A DNA stretch of 64,000 bases, from the NCBI GenBank assembly GCA_030586555.1, contig JAURAC010000002.1, forward strand, positions 96,001-160,000. The letters are read 5' to 3'. This stretch comes from Candidatus Subterrananammoxibius californiae. GTDB lineage: Bacteria; Planctomycetota; Brocadiia; Brocadiales; Subterrananammoxibiaceae. This document shows, piece after piece, positions 1-9,572 of the stretch. The notes below the pieces were generated by a model. That model made no database searches and was not told where the DNA came from. It saw nothing but the letters and a program-made list of their open reading frames with translations. Numbering within the stretch: position 1 is the stretch's first letter; every line of letters starts with the position of its first letter. The position numbers and the translations under genes were made by a program.

Positions 1-92
1 GCTTATAAAAAAAAGCTATCGGACGAAGTGGCACTTAAGTCTTCCAAAATCAAGAAAGAACCGGAGCCATCCCCACGGAACTCATAAATACA

Positions 93-1313
93 ATGTTCAA
101 GAGCGTTGAAGAACAACTTTCAGTGATTAAACGTGGAACCGTTGACATTGTTCGCGAAGATGAACTTGTTGATAAACTAAAAAGGTCAATAAGGGAAAAT
201 AAACCTCTACGAGTAAAACTTGGTCTTGACCCCACGGCGCCAGATATACATATCGGTAATGCCATCCCAATTCATAAATTACAAGCATTTCAACAACTTG
301 GTCATACAGCCGTCATGATAATCGGGGATTATACCGCAATGGTGGGCGACCCCTCGGGTGTAAACAAAACAAGGCCCATGATAAGCAAACAGGCTGTGCT
401 TGATAATGCCAAAACATACCTTAACCAGGTAGGGAAAATTATAGACGTCAATAAGGCAGAAATTGTCTATAATAGCCAGTGGTTTGAAAAGATGACGTTC
501 TCCGATATCATTAAACTTACCTCCAGAATAACCGTTGCAAGGATAATTGAACGAGATGATTTTGCGAAGCGACTCGCAGCCAAGGTTCCTATCAGTTTAC
601 ACGAATGTATTTACCCGCTTATGCAAGGCTATGATTCCGTAATGGTGAAGAGTGATGTTGAGCTTGGGGGGACTGACCAGTTGTTTAGCCTTCTTATCGG
701 CAGGGATTTGCAGAGGGATTATAACATAGAGGCACAAATCGCCCTGACTACACCACTCTTAGAAGGCACGGATGGGAACAAAAAGATGAGCAAGAGCCTG
801 GGAAACTACATAGGGATTACTGAACCACCAGAGGAGATGTTTGGTAAGGCAATGTCCATTCCAGACACCCTCATGCGGAAATATTTTGAATTAGTCACCG
901 ACTTGAGCATAGAACAAATAGATAAACTCCTTAATCACAGTGTCCATCCACGGGATGCTAAGGTAGCGCTTGGCAAGGCAATTGTCTCCCGTTATTACAA
1001 CAGTGATGCTGCCGAAAGGGCAACAGTGGAGTTTGACAAAATTTTCAGAGAACATAAACTGCCGGAAGAGATACCAGAGATTCAGGTCCCAAAAAACGAA
1101 CTCAAGGATGGAAAGTTATGGATAGTAAAGTTACTGGTATTATGCAGGTTCGCATCAACAAATGGCGAGGCGAGAAGACTGGTAGCACAGGGCGGTGTTA
1201 ATATAAACGATACTACCTATAATGACCCGAACCTCGAAGTTAATATAGAACCTGGTATGATACTTAAGGTTGGAAAACGCAGATTTGCCAGGGTTGTATT
1301 AGAGAAGCTATAA
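93..1313 (+). CDS. tyrS: tyrosine--tRNA ligase
   Basis: DPTAPDIHIGN (HIGH) and KMSKS motifs; C-terminal S4 domain (LKVGKRRF). Confidence 0.97.
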   Translation: MFKSVEEQLSVIKRGTVDIVREDELVDKLKRSIRENKPLRVKLGLDPTAPDIHIGNAIPIHKLQAFQQLGHTAVMIIGDYTAMVGDPSGVNKTRPMISKQAVLDNAKTYLNQVGKIIDVNKAEIVYNSQWFEKMTFSDIIKLTSRITVARIIERDDFAKRLAAKVPISLHECIYPLMQGYDSVMVKSDVELGGTDQLFSLLIGRDLQRDYNIEAQIALTTPLLEGTDGNKKMSKSLGNYIGITEPPEEMFGKAMSIPDTLMRKYFELVTDLSIEQIDKLLNHSVHPRDAKVALGKAIVSRYYNSDAAERATVEFDKIFREHKLPEEIPEIQVPKNELKDGKLWIVKLLVLCRFASTNGEARRLVAQGGVNINDTTYNDPNLEVNIEPGMILKVGKRRFARVVLEKL

Positions 1314-1404
1314 GCCATGAGCTTTCAGCTAAAATAAGGTGAAAACTTGCTTTTTACTATTGAAAATCAACAGGTGTAGCGTTATAGTATAATAGAATAT
1401 TGGC

Positions 1405-1555
1405 AGAGCTAAGTGACACGTGGTAAGGTGTTAGTGAAAGAAGACTGAAGGCTGAGGAAAAGATGGGCTGAAGGAAAAATCTTTTTCTTCAGCCTCAGCC
1501 TTAAGCCTTCAGCCTGTGCTTTACTCGTCACTATCACCTCGTCCCTTACCACTAT
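1405..1555. repeat. degenerate heptamer tandem arrays in inverted arrangement
   Basis: ctgaagg/ctgagg units on the left facing ttcagcc/tcagcc/ttaagcc/ttcagcc on the right. Confidence 0.6.
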
Positions 1556-1565
1556 ATTTAAAGGT

Positions 1566-1641
1566 GGCGGCGTAGCTCAGGTGGTAGAGCAGCGGACTCA
1601 TAAGCCGCATGTCAGGGGTTCGAATCCCTTCGCCGCTACCA
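1566..1641 (+). tRNA. tRNA-Met (CAT), elongator or Ile2 type
   Basis: Cloverleaf GGCGGCG...CTCATAA...GGTTCGAATCC...CGCCGCTACCA. Confidence 0.93.
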
Positions 1642-1698
1642 GTTTCTTTTCTGCTGGTTACTTATGAAAAAGCAAGAAAAATATAGAGGAACAACACG

Positions 1699-1977
1699 AT
1701 GCCAAAAGTATTGATAAAAGAGACCGTAACAAAAGAAATTGAGGTTCCCTTGAAGACAATTTATAAGCTTATTGATACACTTTCGGCAGAGGATAAGAAG
1801 GAACTCCTTAACAAACTACTAACTTCTATACAAAGGAAAGGAAAATTTAAATTTATTCCCTTTAGAAAAGTTAAAATTGAAGACCTCTTGTCAGATTTTA
1901 AAGCCACGGATTTATACGAGGAGGATTTTTTACGAGACCTGGAGAATGGCCTTAAGAAATCTTCGTTATACAGGTAA
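1699..1977 (+). CDS. putative antitoxin
   Basis: Small ORF directly upstream of a RelE-like toxin; C-terminal YEEDFLRDLENGLKKSS. Confidence 0.7.
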   Translation: MPKVLIKETVTKEIEVPLKTIYKLIDTLSAEDKKELLNKLLTSIQRKGKFKFIPFRKVKIEDLLSDFKATDLYEEDFLRDLENGLKKSSLYR

Positions 1978-1983
1978 ATTGTA

Positions 1984-2238
1984 GTGCCAAAAATATTTGA
2001 ACTACGGAAGGACCTTGAGGAGTATATTGACCGACATGGTCTCAGGAAAAAGTGGCAAAAGGTAAAGAAATTATTTGAAGGAAACCCGTCCCATCCATCC
2101 TTGAATACCGAACTTTTAGAACCGAAACATAGACTTATCTACTCATTCAGAATAGATAGAAAATATCGAGCGCTTTTTATAGTTACTAAGGAAGGAGATG
2201 CAGAAATAATAGCAATAACAAAACATTACAAAAAATAG
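1984..2238 (+). CDS. RelE/ParE-superfamily toxin (mRNA interferase-like)
   Basis: NPSHPSLNTELL...IYSFRIDRKYRALF pattern. Confidence 0.8.
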   Translation: MPKIFELRKDLEEYIDRHGLRKKWQKVKKLFEGNPSHPSLNTELLEPKHRLIYSFRIDRKYRALFIVTKEGDAEIIAITKHYKK

Positions 2239-2253
2239 TCAGAGATATGGTAA

Positions 2254-2286
2254 ATGTCCAAGGTTCGAATCCCTGCGCCGTTACCA
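2254..2286 (+). repeat. diverged copy of the tRNA-Met 3' end (att-like)
   Basis: atgtccaaggttcgaatccctgcgccgttacca vs tRNA atgtcaggggttcgaatcccttcgccgctacca. Confidence 0.85.
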
Positions 2287-2490
2287 ATCTTTCTTAAAAA
2301 TTTATCACGTATCAAACTTTTGTACCGCTTTTCCACTAACCACTTATCAATAATCCTCCCTCCTTAAATTAGGATTGATTTAAGCATCGAAAAATTGTAA
2401 GCTAATACATGAGTTGCGAGTTAGGAGTTCAGAGTTCCGAGTCTCTAAACTCTCAACACTTAACTTCTAACTCAAAGTATAGGTTTATCA

Positions 2491-2598
2491 ATGGAAACAA
2501 GACTATCAACTAAATACAATCCAAAAGAGATAGAGGAGTTAAAAGCATGTTCTGGGGACATGCTTTTAACAAACCTTCCAACGTACAAATGGAAATAA
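2491..2598 (+). pseudogene. duplicated valS 5' end (16 codons) running into a palindrome; 35-aa ORF
   Basis: METRLSTKYNPKEIEE vs valS MEIKLSTKYNPKDIED; inverted repeat at 2538-2570. Confidence 0.8.
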
Positions 2599-5297
2599 AA
2601 CTTTCGACTAAATACAATCCAAAAGACATAGAAGACAAGGTATATAAATTCTGGGAAGAGGGTGGATTCTTTCACGCCGAGCCAGACCCCAAGAAGAAGC
2701 CCTATTCTATTGTCATACCACCGCCAAACGTTACCGGTGCCCTGCACATGGGGCATGCCCTTAATAACATCCTTCAGGACATCCTTATTCGCTGGAGGCG
2801 TATGCAAGGATACAACACACTGTGGATGCCAGGGACAGACCATGCTGGCATAGCAACCCAGAACGTTGTTGAAAAAGAACTCTCTACCAAAGGTAAAACG
2901 AGGGATAGCCTCGGACGTGAGAAGTTTATTGAGGCTGTATGGAACTGGAAGGAAAAATACGGCTCAACCATCATTAATCAATTAAAGAAATTGGGCAGTT
3001 CCTGCGACTGGCAGAGGGAAAGATTCACAATGGACGATGGGCTATCTCGTGCTGTTAGGGAAACATTCGTACAATTGTATGAAAGGGGTCTAATATACAA
3101 GGGAAAATATATTATAAACTGGTGTCCGAGATGCAGAACTGCCCTTGCAGATGATGAGGTTGACCATGAGGAACATGACGGGCATCTCTGGTACATCAGG
3201 TATCCATTCCGTGACGAACCTCATCTCTTTATCACAATTGCCACAACACGGCCAGAGACTATGCTGGGCGATGTTGCCGTTGCCGTCAATCCTGCCGACA
3301 CAAGATATAGCGAAATGATTGGTGAAATCCTCGTTTTGCCCGAGGTAGACCGTGAGATACCAATTATTGCAGATGAATCCGTGGACATGAATTTTGGAAC
3401 CGGCGCCGTAAAGGTTACACCAGCCCACGACCCCAATGACTTTGATATATCTAAGCGCCATAACCTCAAACCCATTGTGGTAATGAACGAAGACGGCACC
3501 ATGAATGCCAACGCAAATAATTACGCTGGAATGGACAGATATGAGTGCAGAGAGGCGCTCGTTGAAGAACTAAAGCAAAAGATGCTGCTCTGGAAGATAG
3601 AACCCCACAAACATGCAGTTGGCCACTGTTACCGATGCCATACGGTCGTAGAACCCTATCTTTCAGACCAGTGGTTTGTGAAAATGAAGCCACTCTCTCA
3701 GGTTGCAATTGAGGCGACAAAAAACGGACTGGTCACCTTTTATCCAGAACGATGGGCAAACGTATATCTAAGCTGGCTCGAAAATGTACATGACTGGTGC
3801 ATATCAAGACAGATATGGTGGGGGCATCGCATACCTGCATGGTACTGTAAGGACTGTGGCAAAATAAATGTAAATCATACCACGCCTCAAAGCTGTTCAA
3901 AATGCGGTAGTAAGGAACTCAAGCAGGATGAAGACGTTTTAGACACATGGTTCAGCTCTGCGCTCTGGCCATTCTCTACCATGGGCTGGCCTGAGGAGAC
4001 TGCTGAACTCAAATATTATTATCCTACCTCAACCCTTATAACCGATAGAGGCATCATATATTTCTGGGTCGCCAGAATGGTTATGATGGGGCTGGAAATG
4101 ATGAATAAGGCGCCTTTCTCCCACGTCTATATACACGGCACAATCCTTGATGAAATTGGCAGGAAGATGAGCAAGTCACTCGGCAATGGGATTGACCCAT
4201 TACTGATGATTGACCGATTTGGCGCAGATGCCGTCAGGCTATCCCTTATCATGCTAACAACTGAGGGACAGGACATTAAACTCTCCGAAAGTAAATTTGA
4301 GATGGGGCGGAACTTCATTAACAAGGTCTGGAACGCCTCTCGATTTGCGCTAATGAATCTTAAAGCTCACACGGAGGGTGGCACGGACAAACAGGTTTGT
4401 CCGTGGCACTTCACAGAGGACGACTATGCCTTCGAGGATAAGTGGATTCTAAGCAGACTTAATTCAACGGTTGACGTTTGCACATCCTTTCTTGAAAACT
4501 ATCGTTTCAACGAAGCAATAAGGACATTATATGAGTTTATCTGGCACGAATTCTGTGATTGGTACCTCGAAATCATTAAGCCAAGGCTCTACAATTCATC
4601 AGATAATAAGAACAAGGTGGTTGCCCAGCATATACTTTCGACAGGTCTCGATAAAATCCTTCGTTTACTGCATCCCTTTGCCCCCTACGTTACAGAGGAA
4701 CTCTGGCAAAATCTTAAGAAAATCACTGCGGAAGGTGATATATCAGTATCAAAAGAAATGGGCGCTCAAAGTATAATGATAAGTTCCTGGCCCATGTGCG
4801 ATAACTCTAAAAGGAGTCAGAAAATTGAGGGTGCTGTAGCGCTTATTCAGAATCTTGTGCGTGCCGTCAGAAACATTAGAAGCAAGATGGGCATCTTAGA
4901 AAAGCAGCCTCTTAAGGTAATAATATCTGTGCCTGATGAAGAAAATAAAAGGATGATAGAAAGTCATAAAGAACTCCTCAGACAGATGGCTAACCTCGAT
5001 GGACTGGAAATAGGCATTAAACTGCCGAGGCCAAAATCCTCAGCAAGTGAAGTAATGGGTGAGTATCAAACATTCGTCCCGCTTGTTGGACTCATTGACC
5101 TTGAGACAGAAAAGACACGACAGCAAAAGCGTATTGCCGAACTACGGGGACTCCTTACAAAGGTTCATGACAAATTATCCAATAAAGAATTTATTGAGAA
5201 GGCGCCCGAACACATTGTTAACATGGAACGCCAGCGTGAGGCGGAGTTTCTTGAACAAATTACAAAGCTGGAGCACATTTTACTGGACCTCGATTGA
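2589..5297 (+). CDS. valS: valine--tRNA ligase
   Basis: PPPNVTGALHMGHA, WCISRQIWWGH, KMSKSLGN; C-terminal coiled coil; start placed at ATG 2589. Confidence 0.97.
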   Translation: MEIKLSTKYNPKDIEDKVYKFWEEGGFFHAEPDPKKKPYSIVIPPPNVTGALHMGHALNNILQDILIRWRRMQGYNTLWMPGTDHAGIATQNVVEKELSTKGKTRDSLGREKFIEAVWNWKEKYGSTIINQLKKLGSSCDWQRERFTMDDGLSRAVRETFVQLYERGLIYKGKYIINWCPRCRTALADDEVDHEEHDGHLWYIRYPFRDEPHLFITIATTRPETMLGDVAVAVNPADTRYSEMIGEILVLPEVDREIPIIADESVDMNFGTGAVKVTPAHDPNDFDISKRHNLKPIVVMNEDGTMNANANNYAGMDRYECREALVEELKQKMLLWKIEPHKHAVGHCYRCHTVVEPYLSDQWFVKMKPLSQVAIEATKNGLVTFYPERWANVYLSWLENVHDWCISRQIWWGHRIPAWYCKDCGKINVNHTTPQSCSKCGSKELKQDEDVLDTWFSSALWPFSTMGWPEETAELKYYYPTSTLITDRGIIYFWVARMVMMGLEMMNKAPFSHVYIHGTILDEIGRKMSKSLGNGIDPLLMIDRFGADAVRLSLIMLTTEGQDIKLSESKFEMGRNFINKVWNASRFALMNLKAHTEGGTDKQVCPWHFTEDDYAFEDKWILSRLNSTVDVCTSFLENYRFNEAIRTLYEFIWHEFCDWYLEIIKPRLYNSSDNKNKVVAQHILSTGLDKILRLLHPFAPYVTEELWQNLKKITAEGDISVSKEMGAQSIMISSWPMCDNSKRSQKIEGAVALIQNLVRAVRNIRSKMGILEKQPLKVIISVPDEENKRMIESHKELLRQMANLDGLEIGIKLPRPKSSASEVMGEYQTFVPLVGLIDLETEKTRQQKRIAELRGLLTKVHDKLSNKEFIEKAPEHIVNMERQREAEFLEQITKLEHILLDLD
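4376..4409. repeat. GGGTGGCACGGACAAAC palindrome inserted in frame in valS
   Basis: cacggacaaac-ag-gtttgtccgtg; related copies at 13921, 16278-16308 and 47718-47767. Confidence 0.8.
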
Positions 5298-5316
5298 AGC
5301 CATCTTCAATCGCAAA

Positions 5317-5454
5317 ATGAAAATTATAAATTTAAAATTTAAAATTCCTAATTTTCAATTTATATTATTTACAACCATCCTAATGGCTATCTGTGTAGCC
5401 ATTTTTAGTTTACCCATCTTTGCACAGGATACAGGTAGAGCAATCTGTCAATGA
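5317..5454 (+). pseudogene. orphan signal-peptide ORF ending AQDT (alternative 5' end of next gene)
   Basis: MKIINLKF...LPIFAQDTGRAICQ*; next gene has LALAQDT; ATGA overlap. Confidence 0.55.
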
Positions 5455-6875
5455 AAAAAAAATTAGTTCTTATCTTTTGCCTTTTTTGGAGTGCATTAAC
5501 CGTGTTAATGCAGATACACAGCGACATGGTCGCTGCACTCCATAGTTTAGCCCTTGCGCAAGATACAAGCGAAGTCCCCGTAGAGGCGGGTTTAAAACCC
5601 CCTCCTACAGCAAAAAAATGCCCACTATGCGGTAAGGTTTATCCTGCCGATACAAACTTTTGCGGTGTGGATGGAGAGAAACTCACAGAGGTTGCGACAA
5701 AATTGGTATGCCCGGAGTGTAATAAAGAGGGAGCGCCCGGAGAGACCTTCTGCAGAGAACACGGGAAAGAACTGGTGCCCATCGAAGTTCAAGCAAGTCC
5801 TGAGGATATTCTGAAAATACAGAAGTTTGAACAGGCTACTAATTACTACAAGAGTGGAAATGAATTAAGCGATAAGGGGGAGTATGACGCTGCATTGGAA
5901 GAATATAAGAAGGCAGAAGCCTTATATCCAGACATCCCTGAACTACAATACAATATGGGCTGGCTTTACGGAAAGGCTGGAGACCAGGAAAAGGCAATTA
6001 AACACCTGAGGGAATATTGCATGTTAAACCCAAATGCCCCCGATTTAAGTAAGGTCGCCTCATACATTGCAATACTGCAGGAGATTCTGAACAAAAAAAG
6101 TGAAGTTGAGAAAAGCGCAAAAGATAGAGATGCTATAATGAAGGAGTCCCTTACCAAAAACATGGAGAAATGGGATATGGTGCTAATCCCGGCAGGTGAA
6201 TTCATCATGGGTATAAACGAGGCACGTGCTGATGCACGGCCAGAACACAAAGTGTATCTCGATGCTTTTTATATTGACAAATACGAAGTGACAAACGTTC
6301 AGTATTATGAATTCCTCGAATATATCAAAAAAACAGGCGACCACAGTAAGTGCCATCCCGATGAACCTAAAGGAACAGACCATAAACCGAGTTTGTGGGA
6401 AGATGATTATTATAATAATCCCGAGTACCCCGTAGTAAGAATAATGTGGTACGATGCCTACGCTTATGCAGCATGGGCAGGGAAGCGCTTGCCCACCGAG
6501 GCTGAATGGGAAAAGGCAGCGAGGGGACCAAATGGAAATAAGTGGCCATGGGGAAACGAATGGGACACTGCCAAATGCCATCTCGGCGAGGAGCCAGCGC
6601 CAGTGGGAAGTGTTGAGGCTGGTAAAAGTTTTTACGGTTGCTACGACATGGCAGGCAGCGTTGCAGAGTGGTGCGCAGACTGGTACGAGATAGAGTATTA
6701 CCAGCATACACCTACAAGAAATCCAACAGGTCCTGAAACTGGCAGCCAGAGGTTGTTACGCGGCGGCTCGAGGTTTGGCAGGGGCTTTCTTCTCCGCAGC
6801 ACAACGCGTAAATATCAAGAACCGCAGGTTTCCAACATCGCCGTGGGCTTCCGCTGTGCCAAGACGCCCTCTTGA
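5451..6875 (+). CDS. exported FGE-sulfatase (SUMF1) domain protein with double zinc ribbon and TPR
   Basis: Signal peptide; CPLC/CPEC ribbons; TPR; IPAGEFIMG, EVTN, RLPTEAEWEKAARG, GFRCA. Confidence 0.88.
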   Translation: MKKKLVLIFCLFWSALTVLMQIHSDMVAALHSLALAQDTSEVPVEAGLKPPPTAKKCPLCGKVYPADTNFCGVDGEKLTEVATKLVCPECNKEGAPGETFCREHGKELVPIEVQASPEDILKIQKFEQATNYYKSGNELSDKGEYDAALEEYKKAEALYPDIPELQYNMGWLYGKAGDQEKAIKHLREYCMLNPNAPDLSKVASYIAILQEILNKKSEVEKSAKDRDAIMKESLTKNMEKWDMVLIPAGEFIMGINEARADARPEHKVYLDAFYIDKYEVTNVQYYEFLEYIKKTGDHSKCHPDEPKGTDHKPSLWEDDYYNNPEYPVVRIMWYDAYAYAAWAGKRLPTEAEWEKAARGPNGNKWPWGNEWDTAKCHLGEEPAPVGSVEAGKSFYGCYDMAGSVAEWCADWYEIEYYQHTPTRNPTGPETGSQRLLRGGSRFGRGFLLRSTTRKYQEPQVSNIAVGFRCAKTPS

Positions 6876-7015
6876 ATATCGTTATTTAATTTTAGTAATA
6901 AGTCTGGTTATGTTATAATGTGTATCAATATTCAGCGCATATTACAAATTAAAAGTGTATATAAAATGCTTGATTAATCAAGTCTCTACATATCATCAGC
7001 AAAGGGAGCTAAAAA

Positions 7016-7240
7016 ATGCGAAGGGGTATTACATTAGAAAAAATTGAAAAAGAGATAGAGAGGCTTACACCTCAGGAGCAGTTAAAATTGGTAGAAAGAC
7101 TTGCTCATCAATTAAGAAAGACTGGTCTTACCATGAAAAAGGAACTTAGCTGGAATAAACTCTACGGTCTTGGAAAAGGACTTTGGAAAGGAGAAGATGC
7201 TCAAGAGTATGTTAATCGTTTGAGAGAGGATCGGATATGA
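7016..7240 (+). CDS. putative VapB-like antitoxin
   Basis: LYGLGKGLWKGEDAQEYVNRLR; ATGA overlap with PIN gene. Confidence 0.8.
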   Translation: MRRGITLEKIEKEIERLTPQEQLKLVERLAHQLRKTGLTMKKELSWNKLYGLGKGLWKGEDAQEYVNRLREDRI

Positions 7241-7683
7241 CCCTTGGTGATGAGTTTAGCCAAATTAGCACCATATTTATAGATACAGCCCCAGTTATCT
7301 ACTATATTGAAGCCCATCCTCAGTTTGGGCCACTTGCAAAAGAAGTTGTTGATTCTTTTCAGTCAGAGAGATTGAATGCCTTTTCTTCTGTTATAACCCT
7401 TACTGAAGTTTTGCCCAAACCAATTGAAGCAGGAGATGAGAAGCTGGCAAGAAAATTTGCAGAGTTTCTCAAGCGTGGGAAAAATCTTAGTCTAATAGAA
7501 ATCTCTGCAGGTATCGCTGAGAGGGCTGGGAGATTGAGAGGACAATATTCAAACCTCAGGACTATAGATGCTATTCAGATTTCAGCAGCTATTGATGTTG
7601 GAGCTGGTGCGTTTCTTACCAATGATAAGAATCTCAAACAGATAAAAGAAATAAAGGTCCTGGTTTTAAAAGATTATTTATAG
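7237..7683 (+). CDS. vapC: PIN-domain VapC toxin
   Basis: IFIDTAPVIYYIE, TLTEVL, DAIQISAA, FLTND. Confidence 0.9.
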   Translation: MTLGDEFSQISTIFIDTAPVIYYIEAHPQFGPLAKEVVDSFQSERLNAFSSVITLTEVLPKPIEAGDEKLARKFAEFLKRGKNLSLIEISAGIAERAGRLRGQYSNLRTIDAIQISAAIDVGAGAFLTNDKNLKQIKEIKVLVLKDYL

Positions 7684-7760
7684 GAACGACCAACGACGTG
7701 TAACAGTGTGTTTGCTCTTTCCCTACTCAAACGCCTTATGCACTTCGCCGAGCCTCATTG

Positions 7761-8476
7761 TTAGCCGCAATGTAATGAGGAGTAAAAATGGTCTCGATAG
7801 AGGAGATGAAAAAGAAACGTTTCCAATTCCTTCATAAATTATATGAGATGGCAGAAGGAACTCAGCGTGCAAGTTTCAATATGTATGAAATCGGCAAAAA
7901 AGTAGGTTTTGACGAAGAGTTAACCAAGAATATTGCAGCGTGTCTAATGGCTGAAGGGTTAATTGAGTCTCGAGCTATTGGTGGTGGCCGTGTCGCAATC
8001 ACACATCAAGGGACTTGTGAAGTTGAGGATGCTTTATCTTATCCTGACACCCCCACTACTCATTTTCCATCACACAATATCATAATTGGTCCGGTAATAA
8101 AGTCACAAATCCAAATAGATAGCCCCCAAGCTATACAAAAGGGTATTATTGGTGATGATAAGTATAAAGAACTGAAGGAAGTAATTCAATCATTAAAAGA
8201 ATCTATTGATCAACTTGGTCTCACACCACAGGAGAAGTCTATTTTTCAAACTGATATTCAGACAATGGAGGCACAAATATCTTCCTCAAAGCCAAATGCT
8301 ACAATCATAACCGGGTGTGTTGGTTCGATTACGAGAATTCTTGAAGGAGCATCAGGTAGTATGCTTGCATCTGGGTTCATTGAAGCCTTAAAAGCCTTAT
8401 TCTCGTAAGGATAACAAATGTATACGATGGCTAACACTACCTCTAAGTGATGTAAGTTACAATGTGTTCGTTATGC
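7761..8476 (+). mobile_element. integron-type gene cassette with attC-like ends
   Basis: GTTAGCC at 7760-7766 before the ORF; its exact reverse complement GGCTAAC at 8429-8435 after the ORF; GTTATGC at 8470-8476. Confidence 0.6.
7788..8408 (+). CDS. hypothetical protein (wHTH-like N-terminus, helical C-terminus)
   Basis: GAGGAG RBS; 206-aa ORF inside the cassette. Confidence 0.75.
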   Translation: MVSIEEMKKKRFQFLHKLYEMAEGTQRASFNMYEIGKKVGFDEELTKNIAACLMAEGLIESRAIGGGRVAITHQGTCEVEDALSYPDTPTTHFPSHNIIIGPVIKSQIQIDSPQAIQKGIIGDDKYKELKEVIQSLKESIDQLGLTPQEKSIFQTDIQTMEAQISSSKPNATIITGCVGSITRILEGASGSMLASGFIEALKALFS

Positions 8477-8513
8477 AATAAGATAAAAGGTACTGTATAA
8501 CCTGTTAAATAAC

Positions 8514-9572
8514 ATGAAAGAACTTCCATCATCAACTAATCTTCACGGTAAAATATACACCCTTATTAAACAGAATCCCCCCTCCAATCCTCCCTTTAAT
8601 AAAGGGGAGTCGTCAGATGGCGTTTCCGAGCCGTCTTTACAAGCCAACACCTTCGATAATGACACAGTGGCACTCACACTATTTTACAGGCTGGGCTTAA
8701 TAAGGAGTAAGAAGGCATGTAAAACCTCGACAGAAAAAGTCCAGAAGACAATTAATGATATAGTTACATTTAGCAGTGACAAGCCTGAAGATATTAAAGA
8801 ATCAATTGGACATTACTCTAATGGCATTTGCCGTGATGTGCCGTTGTGCGGGCAATGCGTCCTGACGGAACTTTGCAGGCACTTTAAGAAAAGGCCTACA
8901 ATAAAGCAGCTCCCTGAAGATGAAAGACCGAGAGAAAGGCTTATTAAGGGTGGGGAAGAAGGGCTTACGGATGCCGAACTGCTTGGAATAATTATAAGGG
9001 ATGGAACGCCAGAGTATAGCGCTATAGATTTAGCAAGAAAGCTCCTTACAAAATACGGCGATTTCAGGAACCTTAGCACAAAGACTATTGGTGAATTACG
9101 TAAGGTGCATGGCATAGGTCCCGCAAAGGCGGCGCAGATTAAGGCTGCAATGGCTATTGCAAGACGATTCTCAACCGTTTCCTTGCAACCAGGAACTCAG
9201 TTTAAAAGCAGCAAGGATATATTTGTACACTTCCATGAGCAACTGCGGGATAAAAAACAGGAAACATTCCGTGTCGTTCTTCTCGATAACAAAAACAGGA
9301 TAATAAAAGAAATCCCTGTATCAACTGGAAGCCTGTCACAAAGCGTTGTACACCCACGGGAAGTATTTAATCCCGCCATAAGGGAATCAGCCGCCGCAGT
9401 TGTCTTTGTCCACAACCATCCAAGCGGAGACCCGTTACCAAGCAGTGAAGATATTGAGCTTACCCAACGCCTAAAAGAAGTGAGCCAGTTAGTAGGCATA
9501 AAGATTCTCGACCATATTATCATAGGAAATGGTTGTTACACCAGTTTCAAGGACGAGGGCTTACTTTTTTGA
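8514..9572 (+). CDS. radC: RadC (JAB domain) protein with N-terminal Cys-cluster extension
   Basis: ERPRERL, GIGPAKA, VHPREVF, HNHPSGDP, LDHIIIG. Confidence 0.92.
   Translation: MKELPSSTNLHGKIYTLIKQNPPSNPPFNKGESSDGVSEPSLQANTFDNDTVALTLFYRLGLIRSKKACKTSTEKVQKTINDIVTFSSDKPEDIKESIGHYSNGICRDVPLCGQCVLTELCRHFKKRPTIKQLPEDERPRERLIKGGEEGLTDAELLGIIIRDGTPEYSAIDLARKLLTKYGDFRNLSTKTIGELRKVHGIGPAKAAQIKAAMAIARRFSTVSLQPGTQFKSSKDIFVHFHEQLRDKKQETFRVVLLDNKNRIIKEIPVSTGSLSQSVVHPREVFNPAIRESAAAVVFVHNHPSGDPLPSSEDIELTQRLKEVSQLVGIKILDHIIIGNGCYTSFKDEGLLF

Noticed and set aside
3623..3643. CxxCH heme motif (CYRCH) suggesting a cytochrome
   Set aside because: It is a zinc-binding knuckle inside cytoplasmic ValRS; no anammox marker genes are present in the window
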